A DNA stretch of 44,241 bases from positions 1 through 44,241 of the IMG/VR virus record IMGVR_UViG_3300037483_000122; one strand, given 5' to 3'. The notes beneath the pieces are model-generated. The model was not told where the DNA came from. It worked only from the letters and a program-made list of their open reading frames with translations, and searched no databases. The position numbers were made by a program, and so were the translations under genes. The DNA comes from a virus (Duplodnaviria > Caudoviricetes). How positions within the stretch are numbered: position 1 is the stretch's first letter; each line of letters opens with the position of its first letter. Shown piece after piece: positions 1-9,228 of the stretch.

Positions 1-127
1 GAGATGTCAAAGTCAGCCATTAGGAGCTCCCATCTCATTTCCTGGTGGTAATTGTCCTTCTTGTTGCGGTGGCATACCTCCTGAGGATGACTGATCTAAG
101 CCAGACATTCCCAGACCACCGGCTACC
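1..127. repeat. Contig-end direct repeat (copy 1), probable assembly circularisation overlap
   Basis: Identical to 44115-44241; 127 is a common assembler k-mer; the repeat lies inside the portal gene. Confidence 0.95.
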
Positions 128-2094
128 ATTTTAACTTGTTCCATGGCATCATTAACAGCAGCAAGGTGCATGTTAACGTGCTCTTCAAAAGCTTGTTTTA
201 TAGGCTCTGGTAAGACCTCAAAAGCTTGTGTTTTACGGAAGTTATTGTGTGTAGTTATATGTACATCATGGTTATCCCACGTATTAACCGGCAATACAGG
301 CGGTGGCATTAGTGGCATACCAGTTTGAGGATCCATAGGCATTTGTGGCATTTGATCCGGAGGCATACTCTGCATCATTTGCATTATCTGATCTTTTTGA
401 GCTTGTGCCTCAGCTACCTGGGTAGGATCAGTAGACCTAAGTTTGACATTCTCTCTTTGTGCCTGAGAGTAGTCGACTCTTAGATTTTGCCAAAGTTTAG
501 TAACTCCACCCATTTCTAACATACGCAGGCCGTCTTCTGGAGTAATGAATCCCATCTTCATCATATCCATTAATAGAGCCTGTTTAGCTGCCTTACTCGT
601 AGGAAGGGATGAGCCGCCCTCCATACGAATATCAGTACCTTTTTTGATATCCGATCCAGCTAGCATTAGGGAATCGAACGTACCGTCATTACCTGTAGTT
701 TTAACCATACGGCTCATATCCCAGAACTGAACAATTAGCTGAAGAGTCTGTTTAGCTATAGACTCCCAGCCATCCTCAATATCAGCGTACGTATGTGACA
801 AAAGTGAATCATCTTGTTCTTGAAGGTATGAAATAGCTGTAGCAGCTGTGACTCCAGGAGGGGCACTACCTTTTGAAACCTCATGCTGTCCACTAATATC
901 TGACATATCCATTATATGGCGATCAAGTTCATTAATAACATATGCAGGAAGGGGCTGTATTGGCATAGGCTTAGGTTCTGGCATACCCGGACGGTACTCA
1001 ATAATAAGACCAGGCTCAGTAGTCCACTTCTTAGGATCAACTGATCCTGTAGCGGCAATAAACTGAGGCTTTGCAGTTCTGTTTTTAGCTTCGGTTATTT
1101 GACTTCTAGTTCTGTTGAATTCTCTTTGGAGAGGCACTAAATCGTTAATAACTGATTCGCCGTAGAATTTACCAGTAGGTATATGTGTAAACTTAGTAAA
1201 AGGATACATACCATGTGCATACATACCCCCTTTAGCTACTATTTGATCCCCGATAATGTGAACTGTACCGCCATCAGGAATAAGCCTGTGCGCTCCTGGC
1301 TTAGCCCATAATTCAATACAAAGAACACTATCAGGATTGGTAGTAACTCCAGTATTAAGATTAAGATATGCGTCAGACAAAATTTCATTAGCAGCTACAG
1401 CGTCCGGATTAACCTTCATATCATAAAATCGCTCAACCCACGCTACAGGCTTTGTATACGCATTAATTAGATATGGTTGATCTTCTATTTCTTCTTCACG
1501 TAAATCAGGAACATACAGATGAAACGGGGTTACGGGAGCATAACAGATATCGCCCTGAGATTCACCATCTTTAGCCCCAGGATCCCACCAAGTTTTCATA
1601 AATGAAGTACCGGTAAGGCACATCCACCACATAGACCTACGAAATTTAGATTTTACCTTTTTACTAGCAGAAATAGACTGCCACAAAGCTTCCCCCGCGT
1701 ACGCGGCAAACATATCCTCATCATCACTGGATGATGGGATAATAGAAGCACTAGGTTCTTGAGCTGTTAGTCTTGCTATCTCTTTTCTAATAATAGGTTT
1801 TATTCTATTAGATACTAGACGAACTCTATACGGAGGGACCTTAGGAATTCCTAGCTTTTGTAACTGAGGCAAAAGCTCTACATACTGATTACCGTAGTAG
1901 AATGCTAAGTTAAGATACCAACCAAGCTGGATCCTTAATCTAGCAGACTTCATACGATCATACTCTGATCGCACCCACTGGGCCAGCTCTAGGTTTTCTT
2001 TTGCTTCTACCTTGCTATCCTTGGCTGGTGAAATATCCCGGGACTGGGATTCCAATTTCGGCAAGAGCTTCTGCATCGAGTTCATCATACTCAT
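13..2094 (-). CDS. Portal protein
   Basis: 693 aa downstream of terminase; FYGESVINDLVPLQREFNRTRSQ, DISGQHEVSKG and TAATAI segments typical of podovirus-like portals. Confidence 0.85.
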   Translation of the reverse strand: MSMMNSMQKLLPKLESQSRDISPAKDSKVEAKENLELAQWVRSEYDRMKSARLRIQLGWYLNLAFYYGNQYVELLPQLQKLGIPKVPPYRVRLVSNRIKPIIRKEIARLTAQEPSASIIPSSSDDEDMFAAYAGEALWQSISASKKVKSKFRRSMWWMCLTGTSFMKTWWDPGAKDGESQGDICYAPVTPFHLYVPDLREEEIEDQPYLINAYTKPVAWVERFYDMKVNPDAVAANEILSDAYLNLNTGVTTNPDSVLCIELWAKPGAHRLIPDGGTVHIIGDQIVAKGGMYAHGMYPFTKFTHIPTGKFYGESVINDLVPLQREFNRTRSQITEAKNRTAKPQFIAATGSVDPKKWTTEPGLIIEYRPGMPEPKPMPIQPLPAYVINELDRHIMDMSDISGQHEVSKGSAPPGVTAATAISYLQEQDDSLLSHTYADIEDGWESIAKQTLQLIVQFWDMSRMVKTTGNDGTFDSLMLAGSDIKKGTDIRMEGGSSLPTSKAAKQALLMDMMKMGFITPEDGLRMLEMGGVTKLWQNLRVDYSQAQRENVKLRSTDPTQVAEAQAQKDQIMQMMQSMPPDQMPQMPMDPQTGMPLMPPPVLPVNTWDNHDVHITTHNNFRKTQAFEVLPEPIKQAFEEHVNMHLAAVNDAMEQVKMVAGGLGMSGLDQSSSGGMPPQQEGQLPPGNEMGAPNG

Positions 2095-2389
2095 CCCTTG
2101 TTACCCTCCTTCCTAAGGATACTCGTTCTGCTTCTGCTGCATCTGATGGATCTACTGGGCCAGAGAATAAGTCAGGACCATTATCCAAGCTGGAAGATAC
2201 TGCTTGGATCTGTTGGAAAGCCAAGGGATCCTTCGAGGCCAATAGATTTAGGGATTGCTGGAGTAGTATCGCTTGATTCCTGTTCGATACCTGTACTGTT
2301 TGAATCGCCTTCATCAGCACTAGAAGAACTAGTATTAATACGATCACGAATACTAGATAGCCTAGCATTAAAATCAAATTTGAGTTCAT
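2015..2389 (-). CDS. Membrane-anchored hypothetical protein
   Basis: N-terminal hydrophobic helix, acidic tail, co-oriented in the operon; overlaps both neighbours. Confidence 0.65.
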   Translation of the reverse strand: MNSNLILMLGYLVFVIVLILVLLVLMKAIQTVQVSNRNQAILLQQSLNLLASKDPLAFQQIQAVSSSLDNGPDLFSGPVDPSDAAEAERVSLGRRVTRDEYDELDAEALAEIGIPVPGYFTSQG

Positions 2390-2678
2390 TGATAGCCCTA
2401 ACTACTTCTTCGGCAGCCCCATCAATATTAGAAGTGAGGGCTTCATGTTCTAGACTCAGTGAAGAATACTTAACTTTAGAGATCATGCCACAAGTAGTAC
2501 CTATCTGAGCACCACAGTCTTCACAGAAGTACACTCTACCGTACCACTGAATTTCTATTCCTAAGTCCACTACTCTTTTATCTACTGCTCCACAAACAAT
2601 ACATTTTCCTGGACTTCGGACAGGTTTTGGTACAAATTGCATTCTTGACTGAAGTGCCTCACTAGGGGCTACCATCAT
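2181..2678 (-). CDS. Hypothetical protein with zinc-ribbon-like N-terminus
   Basis: CIVC and CEDC pairs; ATGA overlap with upstream gene. Confidence 0.7.
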   Translation of the reverse strand: MMVAPSEALQSRMQFVPKPVRSPGKCIVCGAVDKRVVDLGIEIQWYGRVYFCEDCGAQIGTTCGMISKVKYSSLSLEHEALTSNIDGAAEEVVRAINELKFDFNARLSSIRDRINTSSSSADEGDSNSTGIEQESSDTTPAIPKSIGLEGSLGFPTDPSSIFQLG

Positions 2679-3043
2679 GACTCCGGAAATTCGGGGATTT
2701 TACCCTCTTCAGCTTCAGTTTCATCCTCTTCAGCTTCAGTTTCAACAGAGCCACCAAGAGGCATGGGCCCTAAATCAGGGTTATCTGCATTAGCTAACAC
2801 AGCTGATTCATCTAATAGTGGCTTATCAAATTCCGAAGGCTGTAGATGATGAGACTCCACTAGCTCTTTAGCAGTAACTAAAGGTACACCAGCTGTACTA
2901 GTCATATTATTGTAGTCAGGGTGCCGACCTTCGGCAGCTGCCCTCTTATCTTCAGCAGCTCTTAGTTCTACCTCATCAAGATAAGGACCACCGGTACGTC
3001 CATTAGGGCCCTCATTAACGTTAAATAGTGGCTGATCTGGCAT
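2675..3043 (-). CDS. Acidic hypothetical protein
   Basis: Strong AGGAGG RBS, 122 aa ORF. Confidence 0.8.
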   Translation of the reverse strand: MPDQPLFNVNEGPNGRTGGPYLDEVELRAAEDKRAAAEGRHPDYNNMTSTAGVPLVTAKELVESHHLQPSEFDKPLLDESAVLANADNPDLGPMPLGGSVETEAEEDETEAEEGKIPEFPES

Positions 3044-3071
3044 TTTTCCTCCTGTTGTTTCTTACAGAGTA

Positions 3072-4616
3072 TCAAACGTGTCCATCATATTCTAGTGCAA
3101 AAAGATCAGATCCAGCAAAAGTACGCCACTCAGTAGTATTCTCTCTATTATTTTCTAATGCCTGAGCTAGCATAACATCAAATTTCTCAGTTACCGTATT
3201 AATGGGTAGTAGTTTAGCTAGTGCTGCTTCCATCTCCGGAGCTAGATCAGGTAAGAATGACATATAGTATCTTAGAGAGTCAGATGCGTGATCGTCTTTT
3301 TTATGAATCTGTTCATGGGGATTATTCTCAAACTGGGCTTTCTTTCCTGCCCAAGTCTTCCATCTAAGACGCTGAAGCTCACGTATTAAATTAGGACAAT
3401 TTTCTGTGACATGCCATGACGGCTTATTAGTTTTAGGATGTGGTCTAATATAGTGATTAACCTGGTTAACTCCAGTAATCACATCGTTATTACCAGGAGC
3501 AAAAAATACACCATACTTAGCATACTCAGTCTGAATAGAAGTCCCAGTAACACCCTGTCTTTGAGCAATAGCAGGATCAGCTATACTTAACTCAGGAGAT
3601 TTGCCTAGCTTCTTTTCAAACTCTAGAATATACTTAGCATGACGATCTACTGTCCACTCTTTCTTATAGTGCTCAGCAAAAGTAATAACCTGACCAGTCG
3701 GGGAAGCAGCGTGCCATAGAACTGCTGTAGGGTTATTATATCCATGATCTAAGCTTCTAGCCCATTCCCATTCTTTTGGAGGTATCCCAGCTTCGATCAC
3801 ATGAGTATTAGGATCAAATGCCTTGTAGACTTTACCGCCAAGTTGCATAAACTTACCGTGGGCTCGGGCTTCTCTTTCATCTGGATCTAGTCCGGCAAGA
3901 TAAGCTTCAGCTGCTTCGGGACTAATATGAGGATTATCCAACATATCAACTTCAAAGACATCAATAAGAGGATGACCGCCATCTTCCCCTTTTATATACA
4001 ATGTGTCATATATCCAAGTCATACCCTCAAGAGGAGTAAGAGTTAACCAAGAAGGGGCGTTATAGTCAATAAGACGAGCTTGACATTCATTAAAAATTGG
4101 CATAGGAGGTTCTTCGTCATAATGAACAAAATGCCGTGCTGTGCCAGCAAATTTCTCAACATCCTGTTCATACGTCATAAACTCTACAGTAGATCCATTA
4201 GAAAGAGTTAGAAGTCTATCTGTTTTATTATATGAATCTTCCCAGGATCCATTTATCAAAAGACTAGGAGGGGCCCATTGCTTATAATTAGGAATAAGAA
4301 TCTGATTAATACCCTGGAGGATATCTACCGCTACAGCCCTGCCAGCTATTGGAGGCTCAAATACCTTCTTATGTGGGTGTTGCCCTCTTAGATAGTAAAT
4401 ATCCTCAACTACACCTGAAGTAGTTTTACCGGACCGGTTGCCACCTAAAAACAGACGAATACGTTTTTGTGAACGATGAAAAGCTTCTTGTTTTGCATGA
4501 GGTTCGTATGCATGAATATTAGGCTTATTAGCCTGCATACGCACACCTGTAGCAAGAATACGTAGCATTTCCGCAGGGTCACGGACCTGTGCTGTATTCC
4601 TGCGAGGTCTTGGCAT
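3072..4616 (-). CDS. terL: Terminase large subunit
   Basis: PHAKQ motif, Walker A GGNRSGKT, Walker B VHYDEEP, LTLTPLEG, nuclease LDHG and DDHASDSLRY. Confidence 0.95.
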   Translation of the reverse strand: MPRPRRNTAQVRDPAEMLRILATGVRMQANKPNIHAYEPHAKQEAFHRSQKRIRLFLGGNRSGKTTSGVVEDIYYLRGQHPHKKVFEPPIAGRAVAVDILQGINQILIPNYKQWAPPSLLINGSWEDSYNKTDRLLTLSNGSTVEFMTYEQDVEKFAGTARHFVHYDEEPPMPIFNECQARLIDYNAPSWLTLTPLEGMTWIYDTLYIKGEDGGHPLIDVFEVDMLDNPHISPEAAEAYLAGLDPDEREARAHGKFMQLGGKVYKAFDPNTHVIEAGIPPKEWEWARSLDHGYNNPTAVLWHAASPTGQVITFAEHYKKEWTVDRHAKYILEFEKKLGKSPELSIADPAIAQRQGVTGTSIQTEYAKYGVFFAPGNNDVITGVNQVNHYIRPHPKTNKPSWHVTENCPNLIRELQRLRWKTWAGKKAQFENNPHEQIHKKDDHASDSLRYYMSFLPDLAPEMEAALAKLLPINTVTEKFDVMLAQALENNRENTTEWRTFAGSDLFALEYDGHV

Positions 4617-4624
4617 CAGATATC

Positions 4625-4939
4625 CTATGGTGTAGTATTATCTGTGGCACCAAGAGCTACTAAAGCTGCAATTATACTTGGCACAGCTGTAGCGGTTCCT
4701 CGCGTACCACTAAGAGAGAATCCTGCTAAAATCTGAGGACTGCTAGTCCCATCATGTACGTGATTACCAGGAGATGCCTGATTACCCTGAGGGCCTAATG
4801 TATGATGCAGAGACTGTTTAGAGAAATCAGTATCAGCCTTCTCATGTATCTTTTGTACATCCCTAGCATCTAAAGCAGCATCTCTAGTATTTAGTGTTTT
4901 AGCAGGATCACTATTAGGCCCTATAGAAGACTCAGGCAT
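4625..4939 (-). CDS. Hypothetical, possible minor virion protein
   Basis: 104 aa ORF coupled to amidase stop; QASPGNHVHDG motif like those in phage fibre proteins. Confidence 0.7.
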   Translation of the reverse strand: MPESSIGPNSDPAKTLNTRDAALDARDVQKIHEKADTDFSKQSLHHTLGPQGNQASPGNHVHDGTSSPQILAGFSLSGTRGTATAVPSIIAALVALGATDNTTP

Positions 4940-5832
4940 TATATATTAGGATAAGTTGCGGCATTCATAACTGCCGATACGGCTGCACGAATATCGCTTG
5001 GAGTTAGAGGAGCTACTGTAGAAGCACCTGGTGTAAGGATTAAGCGTACAGCTGCCTTAAGATCGTCTGTGCGAAGATAAGCAGCAAGTACAGTTTCATC
5101 TACCTTAGGTAAATTAGCGGATGTCTTAATGTTAGGATTATTCAATGTCTTGATGTAGGCATTAACTACCTGAGGGCTTTCTACGTAATCCGCAAGACCT
5201 GCACTAATATCAAACACTCTGGTACCTACCAATACTAGCATTTGTCCTCCTACTGAGGTTAAAGGCTTAGGTTTGGCTAGCTGTATCTGCATCATACGAT
5301 TCCATGGGAATTTACCAGGATCCCAATGCGTATTCTGCGGTACATGTTCATGTCCTAGCCAACCTGAATATACATCAAACTGATTATTAGTAAGCCTAGT
5401 AGCAAGGTCACGGCTAGCAAATTCCAGTGCACGAATCGGTATCCCTAGTGCGTCGCTACAGGGCTTTATTACTTTAGTGTAGAGGTCTTTTAATACCGCA
5501 TCATCAGCATCAGGCCAGTAGTATCCCGGTCCGGTTGAGCTACAAGTTCCGATGAGTTCTATTTGAACTACATCATCTGTATTAGTTGCTTGTGCCTCAG
5601 TGTGTCTTAAAGCAAATGAGGCATAATTAAGAGGGATAAATTGCCGTCCCGTCACACCCACATTAGGGATAGGTGTGACGTCAATATGAGGATTAACACT
5701 CCATCCGTTATAGCTAGGTTTACCACTAGTCTCTGTAGTGTGGAGGCAGCCTTTAGGATCGTCAGTTTCTGTTCTTTTTAGTCGCTGCCCTTTATCAACT
5801 TTCTCTAAACTAGATAGCCAGATATCAGTCAT
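4939..5832 (-). CDS. Endolysin, N-acetylmuramoyl-L-alanine amidase
   Basis: Zn-amidase motifs LHTTE, QIELIG, GHEHVP and HWDPG. Confidence 0.85.
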   Translation of the reverse strand: MTDIWLSSLEKVDKGQRLKRTETDDPKGCLHTTETSGKPSYNGWSVNPHIDVTPIPNVGVTGRQFIPLNYASFALRHTEAQATNTDDVVQIELIGTCSSTGPGYYWPDADDAVLKDLYTKVIKPCSDALGIPIRALEFASRDLATRLTNNQFDVYSGWLGHEHVPQNTHWDPGKFPWNRMMQIQLAKPKPLTSVGGQMLVLVGTRVFDISAGLADYVESPQVVNAYIKTLNNPNIKTSANLPKVDETVLAAYLRTDDLKAAVRLILTPGASTVAPLTPSDIRAAVSAVMNAATYPNI

Positions 5833-6467
5833 TATACACTACTCGCAATCCTGTAGCGCATACTCCAAGAAACCCAGTCTCCAGAAACAATAGTCACGGG
5901 AGTACCTTGACCAAAGACACCAGAACCGTTATAGGTACCTATAAGTCCACGCATCTGCATAATAGTAGGTGATGCAAAGAAGCAAAAACCACTAGCATAG
6001 TCAGCACCTGGGGAGATATCCCTAAACCATGCTTGACCTTGGTTAGGGTTGTTTATACTAGTATCAGCCGCTACAGGGGCATTAAACGTGTAGTCACCAC
6101 CAGGACTGCCATTGGTACTTCCAAAGACAATCTGGCCTTCATAATGACAGTAGTCTCCTACAATTTGATACTGACCGACATTAGTATATCCGCTCGGCCC
6201 GCCAGTGACTGTAGGATTAAATACAGTTACTTCTCTATTGATTATCGCCCAGCGAGTTCCATTCCAGACCCTATAAGTCTTAGTATCTGTTTCATAGATA
6301 GGCTGACCTTGCCAAGGTGAACCGGGCCGCGTAGTGCTAGTACAGATTAGCCAACCTATTGCAGCATCTATGTCGTCAAAGTTATCATCTAAATCTGTTA
6401 CGACATTAACTAAGTCTGTAGTATTATTAGGCTTTCTAAGCCCCAATCGCGTTGTAAACGTCGCCAT
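5832..6467 (-). CDS. Tail fibre or minor virion protein
   Basis: N-terminal TTRLGLRKP...LDDNFDDID and RPGSPWQGQPIYETDT...VWNGTRW motifs of actinophage minor tail proteins. Confidence 0.7.
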   Translation of the reverse strand: MATFTTRLGLRKPNNTTDLVNVVTDLDDNFDDIDAAIGWLICTSTTRPGSPWQGQPIYETDTKTYRVWNGTRWAIINREVTVFNPTVTGGPSGYTNVGQYQIVGDYCHYEGQIVFGSTNGSPGGDYTFNAPVAADTSINNPNQGQAWFRDISPGADYASGFCFFASPTIMQMRGLIGTYNGSGVFGQGTPVTIVSGDWVSWSMRYRIASSV

Positions 6468-7140
6468 TTATAACTCCTCCAGTTCCCGCTACAGGGGTTG
6501 AGAGCTGATTACTTGCTGCTAGCATCTGCATATCTCTTGCTATTGCTTGCAGGACAGCTGGGTCTTTAACATTTCGCTGAATTATCTCAATCACCTGTGT
6601 TAGGACAACAGCAATGTCAGCCTGTTGCTCCTTAGCGGGATTGTAACGCCCCGTCATCTCATTGTAGTATTTAACTGCGTTTAAGTCCCCTTTATCTAGC
6701 CCTTTAATCAGCGCTTCATGGGCTAGATGCTGGCTTCCTTTTATAATCGCTTCAGTCTGTTCCCGAACCAGTCCCGAAAAGATCGGGTCTCTCATCCAGT
6801 TATTGTATTCCGTTTGGCTAATGCCGGCTTTCTTCAGCCTTCGGCTTAAGGGCTCGTTAGTCAGCGGCTGACAGATTATCATTAGGGCGTAATGCTGCTT
6901 AGTTGTCAGCCCCCGCGGGTCCGCCCATTCAATCCCCCTGTGTTTCATTACCTCCGCGAATTCAGGCGTCAGCATTGCTTTCCGGAGGGTCGCCTCGTGC
7001 TTAGCCCGATTAGGTTCGTCGAAATAGTATTTCGCGCAGGCTGAGGGCGACCCAATGGTCCCATGCTTAGACCAATAAGTATATGCCGCCCCGATGGCGT
7101 TCCTAAAGTCTAATTCTTTCCAACCCTCAGGAATTCTCAC
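6436..7140 (-). CDS. HTH protein, probable terminase small subunit
   Basis: LTTKQ...RLKKAGISQTEYNNWMRDPIF HTH followed by helical region; upstream of terL. Confidence 0.6.
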   Translation of the reverse strand: MRIPEGWKELDFRNAIGAAYTYWSKHGTIGSPSACAKYYFDEPNRAKHEATLRKAMLTPEFAEVMKHRGIEWADPRGLTTKQHYALMIICQPLTNEPLSRRLKKAGISQTEYNNWMRDPIFSGLVREQTEAIIKGSQHLAHEALIKGLDKGDLNAVKYYNEMTGRYNPAKEQQADIAVVLTQVIEIIQRNVKDPAVLQAIARDMQMLAASNQLSTPVAGTGGVINGDVYNAIGA

Positions 7141-7625
7141 TCCCTCTCCTCTCCTAGGAAGCGAACTCCTAAATCTTCTATCAAGCCCTCCGGGAGCCCC
7201 GCATCTTTAAGGTATTGGGCTATTAGCGGATGCAAAGCCCGTTTAGTAAACCGTCGCTCATAGTTTCTCACTATCTGAGGGTGAATAGCAAGGATTTTAC
7301 AGTAACCCATAAAAGAATCCGTAATAAGCAATCTAAAAGAGGTATGCGGGTGCGCCGCTACAGGGGCAATAGTTGAGTCATAGAGAAGTGCGGCTTCTTC
7401 TAAGGTTTCCCTATTAGATTGCCTTATGGAGACCTGAAAAGCATGGTACTGAGCAGCCGCTACAGGGCGAGTCAAATGGATGGCGTGGCGAAGCTTAGGT
7501 GGGAGTGTCGTATAAACACCAGCTTCTGCTAGATGGACAACTTGGCTAGTAACACCAAGACGGGATGCGAGTTCAAGCTGCGTTAAACTGTTAAGCTCTC
7601 TGTATTCGGCTACGGGATTCTGCAT
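7137..7625 (-). CDS. XRE-family HTH regulator, possibly two HTH domains
   Basis: YRELNSLTQLELASRLGVTSQVVHLAEAG; second HTH-like CKILAIHPQIVRNYER; TACTAT 6 nt before ATG suggests leaderless start. Confidence 0.75.
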   Translation of the reverse strand: MQNPVAEYRELNSLTQLELASRLGVTSQVVHLAEAGVYTTLPPKLRHAIHLTRPVAAAQYHAFQVSIRQSNRETLEEAALLYDSTIAPVAAHPHTSFRLLITDSFMGYCKILAIHPQIVRNYERRFTKRALHPLIAQYLKDAGLPEGLIEDLGVRFLGEERE

Positions 7626-7656
7626 ACACTAATAGTACAGCAGACTGTCAAGGAGT

Positions 7657-7751
7657 ATGCAAAAATATGGTATAAAGACCCTAGAAATGTGAAAAAGAAA
7701 TGCAAAAAAGAAATGCAAAAATATGGTATAAAGACCCTAGAAATGTGAAAA
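7657..7751. repeat. Two 39-bp AT-rich direct repeats with AGAAATG(C/T) subrepeats
   Basis: ATGCAAAAATATGGTATAAAGACCCTAGAAATGTGAAAA at 7657-7695 and 7713-7751. Confidence 0.95.
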
Positions 7752-7809
7752 TGTGGGGACGACGTAATTGGAAACAACAGCGGCTCTCAGACCCTTACAA
7801 CATGCTTTA

Positions 7810-7838
7810 TTGACAGACTCATCCATTAGGAGTAGTGT
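7810..7838 (+). promoter_or_regulatory. Sigma70/HrdB-type promoter of early arm
   Basis: TTGACA-N17-TAGTGT. Confidence 0.7.
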
Positions 7839-7876
7839 TCTCACTGTAAGGCCAGCCGAGGAACTAAGGAGCAGAC

Positions 7877-8275
7877 ATGTTGGTGCAGGTTGACCTCGAT
7901 ACCCTCGTCGAGATGCGCAATACCCTCGATATCTTCAAGGACGAGAGCACTAAGAAGGACGCGCATATCCGAGCTCTGCAGCAGGACGTGGACTCTGCCT
8001 ATCAGTTGCTCGATAAGGTCAGAGGTGAGCTGGCCGATGCTAAGCGCAAGCTGACTATGGCTGAGCCGCTGTCCACTTACGATGTCGTTAGCATCTTCCA
8101 CTGGTTCGTGACCCATAACAATGTGCAGCAGTACGATGAGCTTTACAAGCCGATGCATGATCACCTCGACGCTAACCATAAGATTCAGGCCATTAAGTTG
8201 GTCCGTGACGTCCTCGGTATTTCTCTCCACTCTGCCAAGGCAATTGTTGACAAGGAGGACGAGCTCAATGGCTAA
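7877..8275 (+). CDS. Protein with ribosomal L7/L12 C-terminal-like domain
   Basis: AAGGAG RBS; coiled coil then KIQAIKLVRDVLGISLHSAKAIVD. Confidence 0.7.
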   Translation: MLVQVDLDTLVEMRNTLDIFKDESTKKDAHIRALQQDVDSAYQLLDKVRGELADAKRKLTMAEPLSTYDVVSIFHWFVTHNNVQQYDELYKPMHDHLDANHKIQAIKLVRDVLGISLHSAKAIVDKEDELNG

Positions 8276-8357
8276 GCACGTGGACGAAACTCGGGCAGTT
8301 GATCAGCCGACTTACATCATCAACTGCAAGTACCCTGGCAAGCAGCACAAGAAGTAA
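8268..8357 (+). CDS. 29 aa peptide
   Basis: ATG overlapping the upstream gene end, GGAGG RBS, same codon style as neighbours. Confidence 0.55.
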   Translation: MAKHVDETRAVDQPTYIINCKYPGKQHKK

Positions 8358-8362
8358 GTAAT

Positions 8363-8382
8363 TAGGGCCCTTCGGGGCCCTA
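8363..8382 (+). terminator. UUCG-capped hairpin
   Basis: TAGGGCCC-TTCG-GGGCCCTA; no U-tract. Confidence 0.55.
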
Positions 8383-8624
8383 TCGACTACTATGCGAGTC
8401 TTTCTGATCTTTACGATCTGCTCGGACTAGCTCGAACCACCACAAGCGACGAAGTTGGCTGGAACTGCGACAAACTCCTCGAGGCCCAAGGAATTGTGTT
8501 CGAGACGTGTCCGGAACCTCGCTACTGGCGTTGGGGTGTTCGGGATTACCTGCGTCTTCCAGAAGAGTTCGACTCGGATATCGAGAACTTCGGAGAAATT
8601 CGTCAGTACTGGTGAGGAGTAATT

Positions 8625-8819
8625 ATGAACGCTGTATTGGAAATGGCCATTAGGGACGCCTATTTCATGCGGTATGGGCAACGAGCTGCTGGAAACCTGA
8701 CGGTCGAAGCAATCAAAGCCGCTTGTGAGAAGGTCGGAGAGCAAGGCACAATATCTGATGTTGTTGAGTTGTTGGCATTAAGTCCACTAGGGTGGCAACA
8801 GAGACTCAACCGCAAGTAA
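8625..8819 (+). CDS. Hypothetical protein
   Basis: GAGGAG RBS, 64 aa. Confidence 0.7.
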   Translation: MNAVLEMAIRDAYFMRYGQRAAGNLTVEAIKAACEKVGEQGTISDVVELLALSPLGWQQRLNRK

Positions 8820-8896
8820 ATGGAAAAAGTTCTGCACGCACTAACTCGCAAGATTTACACGCCCCATAATGAGACCCCTACGAAAAGGAGAACGTC

Positions 8897-8965
8897 ATGA
8901 TCGACGAGACCAACACCGAAGAGTACTCCTCCACCTCCAAGACCTACGCGGCTGGGGTCGTCTAA
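8897..8965 (+). CDS. 22 aa peptide MIDETNTEEYSSTSKTYAAGVV
   Basis: AAAGGAG RBS, C-ending codons. Confidence 0.5.
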   Translation: MIDETNTEEYSSTSKTYAAGVV

Positions 8966-8976
8966 TCCCGCGAAAA

Positions 8977-9006
8977 TTGACAATACTCAGGATTAGTGCT
9001 TAGATT
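8977..9006 (+). promoter_or_regulatory. Sigma70-type promoter
   Basis: TTGACA-N18-TAGATT. Confidence 0.65.
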
Positions 9007-9228
9007 GAGGCATAACAGCAGAACGGGCCGGACAGAGGTGAGGGGTACAGCCCTCAGAGCCTCCACGGGGCACACAGCGCGTCCCACGGGCATCTGTGCA
9101 GGTCAGAGGCGGGTCAGCTCGCCCACCATGATCATTGATAATTGGATACGCCACGCGATTAGTTGCCTTGATTAGCGTCAGGGTGTACCATAGTCATGCA
9201 AGCCAACATTCCGCTACAGGAGGACACC

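Noticed and set aside
1-127. 127-bp end repeat as a biological terminal repeat
   Set aside because: Length equals a common assembly k-mer and it lies inside the portal gene; it indicates circular assembly only
7457-7469. CCGCTACAGGGCG resembles the remembered f1/M13 intergenic sequence (vector contamination)
   Set aside because: Short match inside a coherent ORF with non-matching flanks; it is one copy of the dispersed octamer
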